A stretch of 12,208 nucleotides of DNA from Candidatus Parcubacteria bacterium (lineage in GTDB: Bacteria; Patescibacteriota; Patescibacteriia; CAIXNZ01): contig JAPLYC010000095.1 of NCBI GenBank assembly GCA_026395755.1, forward strand, positions 1 to 12,208, given 5' to 3'. Shown here piece after piece: positions 6,401 through 12,208 of the stretch; position 1 is the stretch's first letter; every line of letters begins with the position of its first letter. The position numbers and the translations under genes were made by a program. The notes beneath the pieces are model-generated. The model did no database searches and was not told the DNA's origin. It saw only the letters and a list, made by a program, of their open reading frames with translations.

Positions 6401-6757
6401 GCGCTCAAGGCAGAAGACGATGCCAAACTCGTGGAGTTCAGTAAGGCTTTGGCCGACATTCAGGCCGCGCTTTACACTTCTGAGGCTGAGGCTGATGCCA
6501 AGCGCATCGCAGCTCTCCAGGAAAAACTGGTGGAAGCGATCGAAGGACTGGGCAATAAGCAGGTTCTGGCTGAACTGGCTCAGCACCTGCCCGGAGCCAC
6601 TGGCACTCTCGGATTACTTCTGGGCAAAGGCGGCTTAGACGCCATCGAAGGAATGTGTGGGGGCACGAAGCTTATCGATGCCATTCACAATTTAACCGGC
6701 AGGATTCAGCAACACAAAGAGGAATCTGCAAAAGTCGGTGAGGAGTTGAAGTCCTGA
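3497..6757 (+). CDS. Major Vault Protein (MVP) homolog, full-length architecture (N-terminal vault repeat domains, SPFH/band-7-like shoulder, long cap-helix coiled coil, cap-ring), 1086 aa with a disordered insert
   Basis: Shine-Dalgarno site AAAGGAGAA 8 nt upstream of the ATG. Several segments resemble metazoan MVP as recalled from memory (no alignment could be run): N-terminal ...LKPHQYAVIHNPV... (cf. VPPRHYCTVANPV); ...TYIPPTGIEV... (cf. GTYIPRKEVEV); ...GIYVMKVETGEVELVKG... (cf. GIYVQDVKTGKVRAVIG); ...RVVLGPQTTLLEFDE...FLWVTGNRPTD...ITADKAVIKVDVQYEVEF (cf. RVVFGPELVSLGPEE...LLLGPDFFTD...[21 protein letters not shown]); shoulder ...AAEQVSFAVLKDSISEFVRNVILG (cf. [27 protein letters not shown]). 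A 180-aa A/E/K/Q-rich heptad-like coiled coil follows (residues about 780-960), then a G-rich C-terminal cap-ring-like tail. Confidence 0.9.
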   Translation: MVAEVRKSPLLLGQFVWVASKKDGTIKLIIGPDPLEVTEDDIPMMPNAQNPWEFGPVEITQAVQRFVTLKPHQYAVIHNPVDSDTDTDYPNGKYNKGKNEMKPLKYGTKRVVIAGHFPVWPGQWVEVREIHRLDSKQYITVVVEKVPVDVKAPYYELTVACADIKKAVVDENTVSKEPAKEVVNESGNDPAKGTESAQNQNSSQPAATSEKPQATVQPAATSEKPQAKVPEKPQVSPLEKGVSGKDPDAPVFKVGQRIIIPGSKTETYIPPTGIEVDRNKAVKQPESTRHLDPKEELQDKITSGQIKIETMEQLIKRVGLEDDLFEAVRDRYTSLREAGKNRNALYEAITSIFDRSHLMKLLSIFMENTAVNQQATRDSDEAVCEAVVLGPTEFCVVVDENGMPNSHKGPGRVFPGPNDTFRTQGSRNRVYDAYHLREDRGLLLRVVADQITKKDLLEKLPEAVANQLNKEKYTKGDEIFISGFDAYLVPYYSVFEVIDPETRNPHIGNSHGGVYVQAIGIDQKSGIYVMKVETGEVELVKGKAKLLLDPRKQKHMKRRVPGKIWNLLIGYGEPHKAVSPDSVVESPWALSVQVPNNMAMLLTSRTGRRVVLGPQTTLLEFDESPEILHISVNRPKTEKDTKQTVFLWVTGNRPTDQVELITADKAVIKVDVQYEVEFSASDPKEQEKWFLYKNYVWMLASNARSRLRNAAEQVSFAVLKDSISEFVRNVILGKKPEGVAHRPGLPFETCNLRVTEVEVLDWVVDDPEIAKALATANKAAVNREIQVGEEKSALEAEQAKDQIAVEKAALVLRQTKRSAETELGKRRIVDESEKSALQISQEREARMAEAELTKSRLVEQTAAVKDEINIEAAKRTAAAQLEQSQIIDQKAAKELELKKAAALRDAAAKEEINKQEQALKKLVVELQQEIELIRLANCSVLSLKQQELDIKMSDVNRELHEKDTRSQMALKAEDDAKLVEFSKALADIQAALYTSEAEADAKRIAALQEKLVEAIEGLGNKQVLAELAQHLPGATGTLGLLLGKGGLDAIEGMCGGTKLIDAIHNLTGRIQQHKEESAKVGEELKS
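4106..4183 (+). repeat. perfect-core tandem repeat 2 x 39 bp inside the MVP gene, encoding QPAATSEKPQATV / QPAATSEKPQAKV within a P/Q/A/S/T/E/K-rich linker
   Basis: cagccggcagctacttcggaaaaaccacaggcca occurs at 4106-4139 and again at 4145-4178 (34/34 identical); unit length 39 nt, in frame. It lies within a ~75-aa low-complexity insert (residues about 175-250) that interrupts the vault-repeat region. Confidence 0.9.
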
Positions 6758-6798
6758 CAGTAGAACCCAAGCTGTCAACTTCATAATTATTAACAATA

Positions 6799-6835
6799 AG
6801 CCCCATTCCGCATTGCGGGGTGGGGCTTTTTCTTA
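6799..6835 (+). terminator. rho-independent terminator downstream of the MVP gene
   Basis: AGCCCCA...TGGGGCT 7-bp GC-rich stem around a loop containing a nested CCGC-ATT-GCGG hairpin, immediately followed by TTTTTCTT (6827-6834). It lies 42 nt after the stop codon. Confidence 0.7.
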
Positions 6836-6846
6836 TCCGTCATAAT

Positions 6847-6875
6847 TTGACCAAAAAATAGGGGGGTGATATAAT
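6847..6875 (+). promoter_or_regulatory. near-consensus sigma70-type promoter: -35 TTGACC (6847-6852), 17-nt spacer, extended -10 TGaTATAAT (6867-6875)
   Basis: The -10 hexamer TATAAT is perfect and has a TG at -15/-14. The -35 matches 5/6. It sits 33 nt upstream of the ArsR-family gene start. Confidence 0.65.
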
Positions 6876-6893
6876 TTAGACAGTTATCTAAAT
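6874..6893 (+). promoter_or_regulatory. operator-like perfect inverted repeat ATTTAGA-cagtta-TCTAAAT overlapping the -10/+1 region
   Basis: Perfect 7-bp arms with a 6-bp spacer, positioned at the transcription start of the ArsR/SdpR-like repressor gene. This is the typical geometry of autoregulatory ArsR-family operators. Confidence 0.45.
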
Positions 6894-6908
6894 ATCTAAT
6901 GTTTTTTT

Positions 6909-7169
6909 ATGAATTTGCATAATACAATTTCGGCTATGGCCGATCCTACCCGTCGTAAGATCCTGGAGCTTTTGAAAAGGGAAGATATGGCTGCTGGCCA
7001 GATTAATAAGCATTTCCAGATCACGGCGCCGTCTTTGACTCACCATTTGAATATTTTGCGCCAGGCTGATTTGGTAACCAGCCAGAGACAGGGGCAGGAA
7101 ATTATTTATTCCCTGAATTTAAGCGTGTTTGAAGAAGTGGCTCAGGCGCTTATTAAATTTTTCAAATAA
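6909..7169 (+). CDS. ArsR/SmtB-family winged-helix transcriptional repressor (SdpR-like), 86 aa
   Basis: ...DPTRRKILELL...MAAGQINKHFQITAPSLTHHLNILRQADLVTSQRQGQEIIYSL... is the canonical ArsR helix-turn-helix plus wing. No metal-binding Cys motif is present. It is followed 33 nt later by an SdpI-family gene. Confidence 0.85.
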   Translation: MNLHNTISAMADPTRRKILELLKREDMAAGQINKHFQITAPSLTHHLNILRQADLVTSQRQGQEIIYSLNLSVFEEVAQALIKFFK

Positions 7170-7202
7170 AAATTAATAATTAGTAATTAAAAATTTGTCT
7201 AT

Positions 7203-7874
7203 ATGTCTAATCCAATTAAACCAACGATAAAAACTGAAATCATTCCGCTTCTTTTAATTATTATTTCTGTTGTGGCTTCCTTTTATTTTTATGCCAATTT
7301 TCCCGAACAGGTTCCCATGCATTGGAATATAGCCGGCCAGGTGGACGGCTGGGGCAGCAAGACCACCGGAGCCATTATTTTGCCGTTGGTAATCATTGCT
7401 ATGTATGTGATGTTTTTATTGATCCCATATCTTGATCCGAAAAAAGATCGCTATGAACAATTTGTCAAAGTCTATCATATCTTTAAAAACTATCTTATCG
7501 GTTTCATGGTTTTGGTTTATTTAGTCACGGGTCTGGCCGGGCTTGGTTATGATGTGCCTGTTGGCCTGATTATTCCTATTGGCGTAGGCATTTTATTTAT
7601 TTTGATTGGCAATTACATGGCCAAGATAAAAATGAATTGGTTTATGGGTATCAGAACACCCTGGACTTTGTCATCGGAAGAAGTTTGGAATAAGACCCAT
7701 CGCATGGGCGGTAAGATTTTTATGCTGGGCGGATTTTTGATAATTTTGACCGGTATAGCACCCCTTAGTTGGCGTTTACCCATCTTTATTCTGACCATGG
7801 TTTTGTTGATATTTGGTACGATAGGGTATTCATATTGGGTTTATCGAATTGAGAAAAATAAAAAAGTTGGTTGA
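7203..7874 (+). CDS. SdpI/YhfL-family integral membrane immunity/signal-transduction protein with N-terminal DUF1648, 223 aa
   Basis: Four or more hydrophobic transmembrane segments. DUF1648-like motif PMHWNIAGQVDGWGSK. The SdpI-family signature region, quoted from recalled family consensus (the B. subtilis SdpI sequence itself was not reliably recalled), is ...NWFMGIRTPWTLSSEEVWNKTHRMGGKIFMLGG. Confidence 0.8.
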   Translation: MSNPIKPTIKTEIIPLLLIIISVVASFYFYANFPEQVPMHWNIAGQVDGWGSKTTGAIILPLVIIAMYVMFLLIPYLDPKKDRYEQFVKVYHIFKNYLIGFMVLVYLVTGLAGLGYDVPVGLIIPIGVGILFILIGNYMAKIKMNWFMGIRTPWTLSSEEVWNKTHRMGGKIFMLGGFLIILTGIAPLSWRLPIFILTMVLLIFGTIGYSYWVYRIEKNKKVG

Positions 7875-7906
7875 TGCGAATATCAGCTTTATTAAACCGG
7901 TAATAT

Positions 7907-7934
7907 TTGATATAATTATTGAAATACATATAAT
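7907..7934 (+). promoter_or_regulatory. candidate sigma70 promoter for the efflux operon: -35 TTGATA (7907-7912), 16-nt spacer, -10 TATAAT (7929-7934)
   Basis: Perfect -10 box and a 5/6 -35 box, 33 nt upstream of the ATG at 7968. The AT-rich context raises the chance of a chance match. Confidence 0.4.
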
Positions 7935-7967
7935 TCATTTAAAACGATTAAAAAATAAATAAAAACT

Positions 7968-9791
7968 ATGTCCTGGATTTTCAATACACTCAAAAGATTA
8001 GCCAAAAAGAAAAGCTTTTGGATTGTTTTAATTATTGTGGTAATTATCGTGATAGTTATTTTAAATATGATCAAAGGCAAAAAAACAGTCTATACCATGG
8101 AAAAGGTTAAGCTGGGCAATTTAGTTCAGACAGTTTCGGAAACCGGAACCGTGGAATCAGCTTCGGCCATTGACCTGAATTTCAAAGGCAGCGGGAAATT
8201 GGCTGAATTGAAAGTTAAAGAAGGCGACAAGGTCAAGTCAGGACAATTGCTGTCTCGTTTGGATGCCGGTTCTTTGGAAATTGCAGTGCGTCAGGCACAG
8301 GCCAATGTTGATATTGCTCAGGCTAATTTAAACAAATTGTTAGCCGGTGCCAGCGCCGAGGATCTTAAAGTCACGGAAGAGACGGTTAATAATGCCAGAA
8401 TTGCTTTTGAAAATGCCAAAAATAATTATGACAATTCTTTACTGAAAATTGACGCTGATACCACGACTTATGAGCAGGCAGTTACGGCAGCGCAAACAAG
8501 CTTGGATAATACTAAAAATACTTATACCAAAAGTGTGTCTGATGCCCGACAGAATTTATTAACCACCTTGCGCAATAAAGCCAATGTGGCTAATACCAGT
8601 TTGGATTTCATCAATTACCAGTATAATAATTTAAACAATGTCAGCGATCAGCAGGCCAAGTCCAATACCATGTGGTCATATAATTTAGCCATGGATAATA
8701 AAACTAAATTGGTTAATTTTTTAAACAAATCAGATCAGTCCATGAGCGAGGATGAAATTACCCAGGCAGGTGCGACTGCAATTACTCTTTTTGAGCAAAT
8801 AAATGACAGTTTGAATAATTTATTTAATTGCATTAGCTCAACCGTGATTGATGCCCGTTTTTCTCAGCTTTTGGTAGATAATGCCAAAGCCTTAGTTAAA
8901 GCCGAGCAGACAGCGGATAGCGCAAATTTATCAGCCTTGCAGGCTGCTGACCAGACTTACAAGACAGCAAAATTAAGTTATACCAGCGTGGTTGATACTG
9001 CTACTTCAAATCTGACTACTGCTCAAAATAATCTGAATTCTGTCTTGGCTAATAAGGATGTTTCCACGGTTACAGCTAAAGCGGCTTTAGATTCAGCCCA
9101 AGGGGCATATAATCTGGCCAAAGCGCAGTTTGAACTGAAAAAGGCCAAGCCGCGTCTCGTTGATATTGGATATTATCAGGCTCAGGTCAACCAGGCCGCA
9201 GCCGCCCGAGATTTAGCCCTGAATAATTTAAATGATTATATTATTTTTGCGCCGACAGACGGCGTAGTGACTTTTGTTAATTATAAATTAGGCGAACAGA
9301 TCGGTGTGGCTAGCACTAAATCTGCAATTTCCATGCTGGGTACGGGTGATTTTCAGATTAAAGTTGACGTTCCGGAATCAGATATCATTAAAATTAAAGT
9401 CGGCGATCCGGTGAAAATTACTTTGGATGCCTATGGCAGCGCGGATGTTTTTGAAGGCAAAATAGTCTCCATTAATATTGCCGAGACTGTGATCCAAGAT
9501 GTGGTTTATTATAAAGTTACCGCGCAAATAGATCCCACTGACAAAGAAATTAAATCAGGCATGACAGCCAATGTTGATATTATTACGGCTACAGCGGAAA
9601 ATGTCTTATCTCTTTCCGGTCGGGCAATTAAACAGGATGAAACCGGTAAAAAATATGTGGAGATTTTAAAATTCGGCAATAATGTTGAAAAAGTTATGAT
9701 TGAAACAGGAATCAAGGCTGATACCGGAACAGAAATTAAAAGTGGTTTGCAGGAAGGCCAGGAAGTCATAATTTCAAAAACTCAAAAATAA
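7968..9791 (+). CDS. HlyD/MacA/YknX-type periplasmic adaptor (membrane fusion protein) with N-terminal transmembrane anchor and an unusually long N/Q/T/A-rich alpha-helical hairpin, 607 aa
   Basis: N-terminal transmembrane segment FWIVLIIVVIIVIVIL. The biotinyl/lipoyl-like half-motifs (...LAELKVKEGDKVKSGQLLSRLD... and ...FAPTDGVVTFVNYKLGEQI...) flank about 300 aa of heptad-like low-complexity helix. The C-terminus has beta-barrel/MPD-like segments. It is followed at 4-nt spacing by the ABC ATPase. Confidence 0.85.
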   Translation: MSWIFNTLKRLAKKKSFWIVLIIVVIIVIVILNMIKGKKTVYTMEKVKLGNLVQTVSETGTVESASAIDLNFKGSGKLAELKVKEGDKVKSGQLLSRLDAGSLEIAVRQAQANVDIAQANLNKLLAGASAEDLKVTEETVNNARIAFENAKNNYDNSLLKIDADTTTYEQAVTAAQTSLDNTKNTYTKSVSDARQNLLTTLRNKANVANTSLDFINYQYNNLNNVSDQQAKSNTMWSYNLAMDNKTKLVNFLNKSDQSMSEDEITQAGATAITLFEQINDSLNNLFNCISSTVIDARFSQLLVDNAKALVKAEQTADSANLSALQAADQTYKTAKLSYTSVVDTATSNLTTAQNNLNSVLANKDVSTVTAKAALDSAQGAYNLAKAQFELKKAKPRLVDIGYYQAQVNQAAAARDLALNNLNDYIIFAPTDGVVTFVNYKLGEQIGVASTKSAISMLGTGDFQIKVDVPESDIIKIKVGDPVKITLDAYGSADVFEGKIVSINIAETVIQDVVYYKVTAQIDPTDKEIKSGMTANVDIITATAENVLSLSGRAIKQDETGKKYVEILKFGNNVEKVMIETGIKADTGTEIKSGLQEGQEVIISKTQK

Positions 9792-9795
9792 GGTT

Positions 9796-10521
9796 ATGAC
9801 AAAAAATTTACTAATTAAATTGGAAAAGATTGAAAAGGATTATACCAATGAAGAGGTGGTCACCCGAGTTTTAAAGGGTGTAAATCTGGAAATTGCCCAG
9901 GGGGAATTTGTGGCTGTGATGGGTCCGTCCGGCTCCGGCAAGTCAACCCTGATGCATATTCTGGGTTTTTTGGATAAACCTACGGCGGGTAGGTATCTGT
10001 TCAAGGGTAAAGATGTCAGTAATCTGGCGGATGATGAATTGGCTGAAATCAGGAATGAAGAAGTAGGCTTTATTTTTCAGGCATTTAATCTGCTGCAGAG
10101 AACCAGCGTTTATGATAATGTGAAATTGCCTTTGACCTACAGTAGTAAAAAATTTGATAAAAACAAGGTGACTAGCGCGATCAAGTCTGTCGGCTTGTAT
10201 CATCGTCTGAATAATTTATCCAATCAGCTTTCCGGCGGTGAAAAACAGAGGGTGGCGATTGCGCGTGCCTTGGTCAATGACCCGTCAATTATTTTTGCTG
10301 ACGAGCCGACCGGTAATTTGGACTCCAAATCAGGCAAACAGATTATGGAAATATTGCAGGATTTAAATGAGGACGGTAAAACGATTATTTTGGTTACTCA
10401 TGAAAAATATACGGCTGAACATGCCCGCAGGATTATAAAAATCGTGGACGGAGAAATCGTTGATGATTATCAGGTTAAAGAACGTCTGATTGCCAAATTC
10501 GAAAAAGATTTAACCAAATAA
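9796..10521 (+). CDS. ABC transporter ATP-binding protein, MacB/YknY/LolD/FtsE-type, 241 aa
   Basis: Walker [11 protein letters not shown]-loop, ABC signature [15 protein letters not shown], Walker [13 protein letters not shown] and H-loop VTHE are all present. Confidence 0.95.
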   Translation: MTKNLLIKLEKIEKDYTNEEVVTRVLKGVNLEIAQGEFVAVMGPSGSGKSTLMHILGFLDKPTAGRYLFKGKDVSNLADDELAEIRNEEVGFIFQAFNLLQRTSVYDNVKLPLTYSSKKFDKNKVTSAIKSVGLYHRLNNLSNQLSGGEKQRVAIARALVNDPSIIFADEPTGNLDSKSGKQIMEILQDLNEDGKTIILVTHEKYTAEHARRIIKIVDGEIVDDYQVKERLIAKFEKDLTK

Positions 10522-10525
10522 TAAT

Positions 10526-11767
10526 ATGGAATTGACTTCTACTTTAAGACTTGCCTTTAGTGGTTTGAAGTCAAAAAAGACCCGAACATTTTTAACAATG
10601 CTCGGGATTATTATTGGCATTTCCTCAGTTATCATTATTATTTCCGTCGGTGCCGGCGCTCAAAGTCTGATTTTAAATCAGATCAAGGCTTTGGGTTCCA
10701 ACCAGATTTCCATTTTTCCCGGGGCTTCGGAAGAATCAGGCCCGCCACCGAGTGTTTTTGGCTCAGCCAATACCAGTCTGAAAATTGAGGATCTGGACGC
10801 TCTTAATAATAAACAAAATGTGCCGCACGTAGTAGCTATTACTTATTATGTCAGGGGGACAGCGACAATGAAATGGCAGGATAGTGAATTTAACGGCACC
10901 TTTGTGGCTACGACAGCGAGTTACCCCGAAGTTCATGATATTGCGGTGGCTCAAGGCAGATTCTTGGATCAGGACGAGGAAAAAAATCTGGCCAAAGTTG
11001 TGGTCTTGGGCGCCAATGTCAAAGATGAACTGTTTGGAGATGAAGAAGCTATCGGTCAGCTGATTAAAATAAAAAAACACGAGTTCCGGGTCATCGGCGT
11101 GATGGCCAAAAAGGGAACCACGGGTTTTGAAAATCAGGATAATTATGTTTTTATCCCGGTTTCTACCGGACAAAAGATAATGTTGGGAATTGATTATATT
11201 TCTTTGGCCAGGGTGAAAATTGATTCTCAGGAAAATGTTAATCAGGCAGTTGCAGACATTAAGGCTGTTTTGCGTGACCGCCATAATCTGGATAGTAAGG
11301 AACTGGATGATTTCACGGTACGCGCCCAGGCGCAGGCCATTGAGATTTTTTCTTCTATTACCAATTCTTTGACTTATTTTTTGGCAGCAATTGCCGCGAT
11401 CTCACTTTTGGTCGGAGGTATCGGCATCATGAATATTATGTTAATAGCGGTAACGGAAAGAACCAGGGAGATCGGTCTGCGCAAGGCTTTGGGCGCCAAA
11501 AGAAAAAATATTTTAAGCCAATTTTTAATTGAGTCAATAGCCGTTACTTTACTCGGCGGAATTATAGGCATAATTTTTGGTATTGTAATATCATTATTGG
11601 TGGCCTTTATTGCCAGATATCTTGGCTATAACTGGGATTTCGTAATTTCCATTTCCGCGGTATTTTTATCATGTACAATCTCAATTATGGTTGGTTTGTT
11701 TTTCGGACTTTACCCGGCTTTCAAGGCTTCGGAATTAAATCCGATTGAGGCCCTTCAGTACGAATAA
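10526..11767 (+). CDS. ABC transporter permease, MacB/FtsX family (N-terminal transmembrane helix, large extracytoplasmic MacB-PCD-like domain, C-terminal FtsX 3-transmembrane bundle), 413 aa
   Basis: The N-terminus has a TM helix LTMLGIIIGISSVIIIISVGAGAQ; a ~230-aa extracytoplasmic domain follows, then FtsX-like helices ...LLVGGIGIMNIMLIAVTERTREIGLRKALGA.... Spacing is 4 nt from the ATPase gene. Confidence 0.9.
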   Translation: MELTSTLRLAFSGLKSKKTRTFLTMLGIIIGISSVIIIISVGAGAQSLILNQIKALGSNQISIFPGASEESGPPPSVFGSANTSLKIEDLDALNNKQNVPHVVAITYYVRGTATMKWQDSEFNGTFVATTASYPEVHDIAVAQGRFLDQDEEKNLAKVVVLGANVKDELFGDEEAIGQLIKIKKHEFRVIGVMAKKGTTGFENQDNYVFIPVSTGQKIMLGIDYISLARVKIDSQENVNQAVADIKAVLRDRHNLDSKELDDFTVRAQAQAIEIFSSITNSLTYFLAAIAAISLLVGGIGIMNIMLIAVTERTREIGLRKALGAKRKNILSQFLIESIAVTLLGGIIGIIFGIVISLLVAFIARYLGYNWDFVISISAVFLSCTISIMVGLFFGLYPAFKASELNPIEALQYE

Positions 11768-11770
11768 TGC

Positions 11771-11899
11771 TACAAATATACAAATATTGTAACAAATGAT
11801 TACAAATAAGGTTTTATGAAGTTATAAGAGGTTATATTATGTTGTAAAAGGTTGCTGGAAAAAATTTGTAGTAATTTGTATTTGATTTGTATATTTGTA
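11771..11899. repeat. AT-rich intergenic element bounded by a 15-bp inverted repeat (TACAAATATACAAAT ... ATTTGTATATTTGTA) and studded with TACAAAT/ATTTGTA heptamers
   Basis: 11771-11785 tacaaatatacaaat and 11885-11899 atttgtatatttgta are exact reverse complements. Additional ttacaaata / tttgtagtaatttgtatttgatttgta iterations lie inside both arms. The element occupies the whole 141-nt gap between the two permease genes. Confidence 0.5.
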
Positions 11900-11908
11900 A
11901 CCTAATTT

Positions 11909-12208
11909 ATGTTTACACAGATAAAAAAATCAATTGACATTGCCAAGTCAGCGCTGGTACGCCATAAATTGCGTGCTGTTTTGACGATCCTGGGTATAAC
12001 TGTCGGTATTACGGCGGTGATTGTGGTTTTATCCGCAGGTAAAGCGATTGAACTTTTTATTACCAGTCAGGTAACTCAATTTGGCACTGACTGGATTCAG
12101 GTGGAAGTCAAAGTGCCGGCTACTTCTCATACTTCAGTTGAAAATGCCGGCGGTCAGGCTCAGGGAATTACGATTACCACCATGAAAGAAAAAGATGCCG
12201 TGGAAATT
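11909..12208 (+). CDS. second MacB/FtsX-family ABC permease, N-terminal 100 aa (3'-truncated by window edge)
   Basis: MFTQIKKSIDIAKSALVRHKLRAVLTILGITVGITAVIVVLSAGKAIELFITSQVTQFG... has the same N-terminal transmembrane helix and extracytoplasmic domain onset as the upstream permease. The frame stays open to the window end. Confidence 0.8.
   Translation, partial: MFTQIKKSIDIAKSALVRHKLRAVLTILGITVGITAVIVVLSAGKAIELFITSQVTQFGTDWIQVEVKVPATSHTSVENAGGQAQGITITTMKEKDAVEI

Noticed and set aside
5366-6586. 406-aa ORF on the minus strand (plus 5935-6117, 4826-5221, 4297-4545 and 3527-4096, all minus strand)
   Set aside because: These lie entirely antisense to the MVP gene. The GC-rich, A/E/K/Q-biased coiled-coil codons leave the opposite strand free of stops. 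Their translations are low-complexity (L/F/S/R-rich) with no motifs, so they are shadow ORFs.
1-12208. CRISPR arrays, rRNA genes, integrase or transposase genes
   Set aside because: No regularly spaced short direct repeats, no rRNA-like conserved stretches, and no ORF with recombinase or transposase motifs were seen. The only mobile-element-like signatures are the GIY-YIG/tRNA repeat unit and the small inverted-repeat element at 11771-11899.

Overview
The window reads as a low-GC bacterial chromosome segment (host genes about 35-40% GC, mostly lacking Shine-Dalgarno motifs); the lineage cannot be assigned from sequence alone, though it may be an uncultivated low-GC, Patescibacteria-like organism. 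Five blocks run left to right. (1) A MurF C-terminal fragment (1-186). (2) A tRNA-Glu(CUC) gene (748-819) preceded by two 72-bp direct repeats that copy the 5' two-thirds of that tRNA with a 30-nt double-hairpin insert in the anticodon; the repeats bracket a small GIY-YIG nuclease ORF, which looks like a mini mobile or homing element at a tRNA gene. (3) A protein carrying a C-terminal PEP-utilising mobile domain, followed by an unannotated 59-aa ORF. (4) A two-gene cassette of about 4.4 kb at roughly 50% GC with strong Shine-Dalgarno sites: a 358-aa extremely acidic, internally duplicated, low-complexity protein, then a 1086-aa full-length homolog of the eukaryotic Major Vault Protein (N-terminal vault repeats, SPFH-like shoulder, cap-helix coiled coil, cap-ring), closed by a clean intrinsic terminator. 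This is the most striking content of the window: a candidate bacterial vault-like nanocompartment system with a co-transcribed acidic partner. (5) A strong sigma70-type promoter with an operator palindrome drives an ArsR/SdpR-like repressor and an SdpI-family membrane immunity protein. Next to them sits a MacAB/YknXYZ-like efflux operon: an unusually long HlyD-type adaptor, an ABC ATPase, an FtsX/MacB permease and the start of a second permease. No CRISPR arrays or rRNA genes were seen. All antisense and alternative-frame ORFs in the supplied track overlapping these genes are treated as non-coding shadows.
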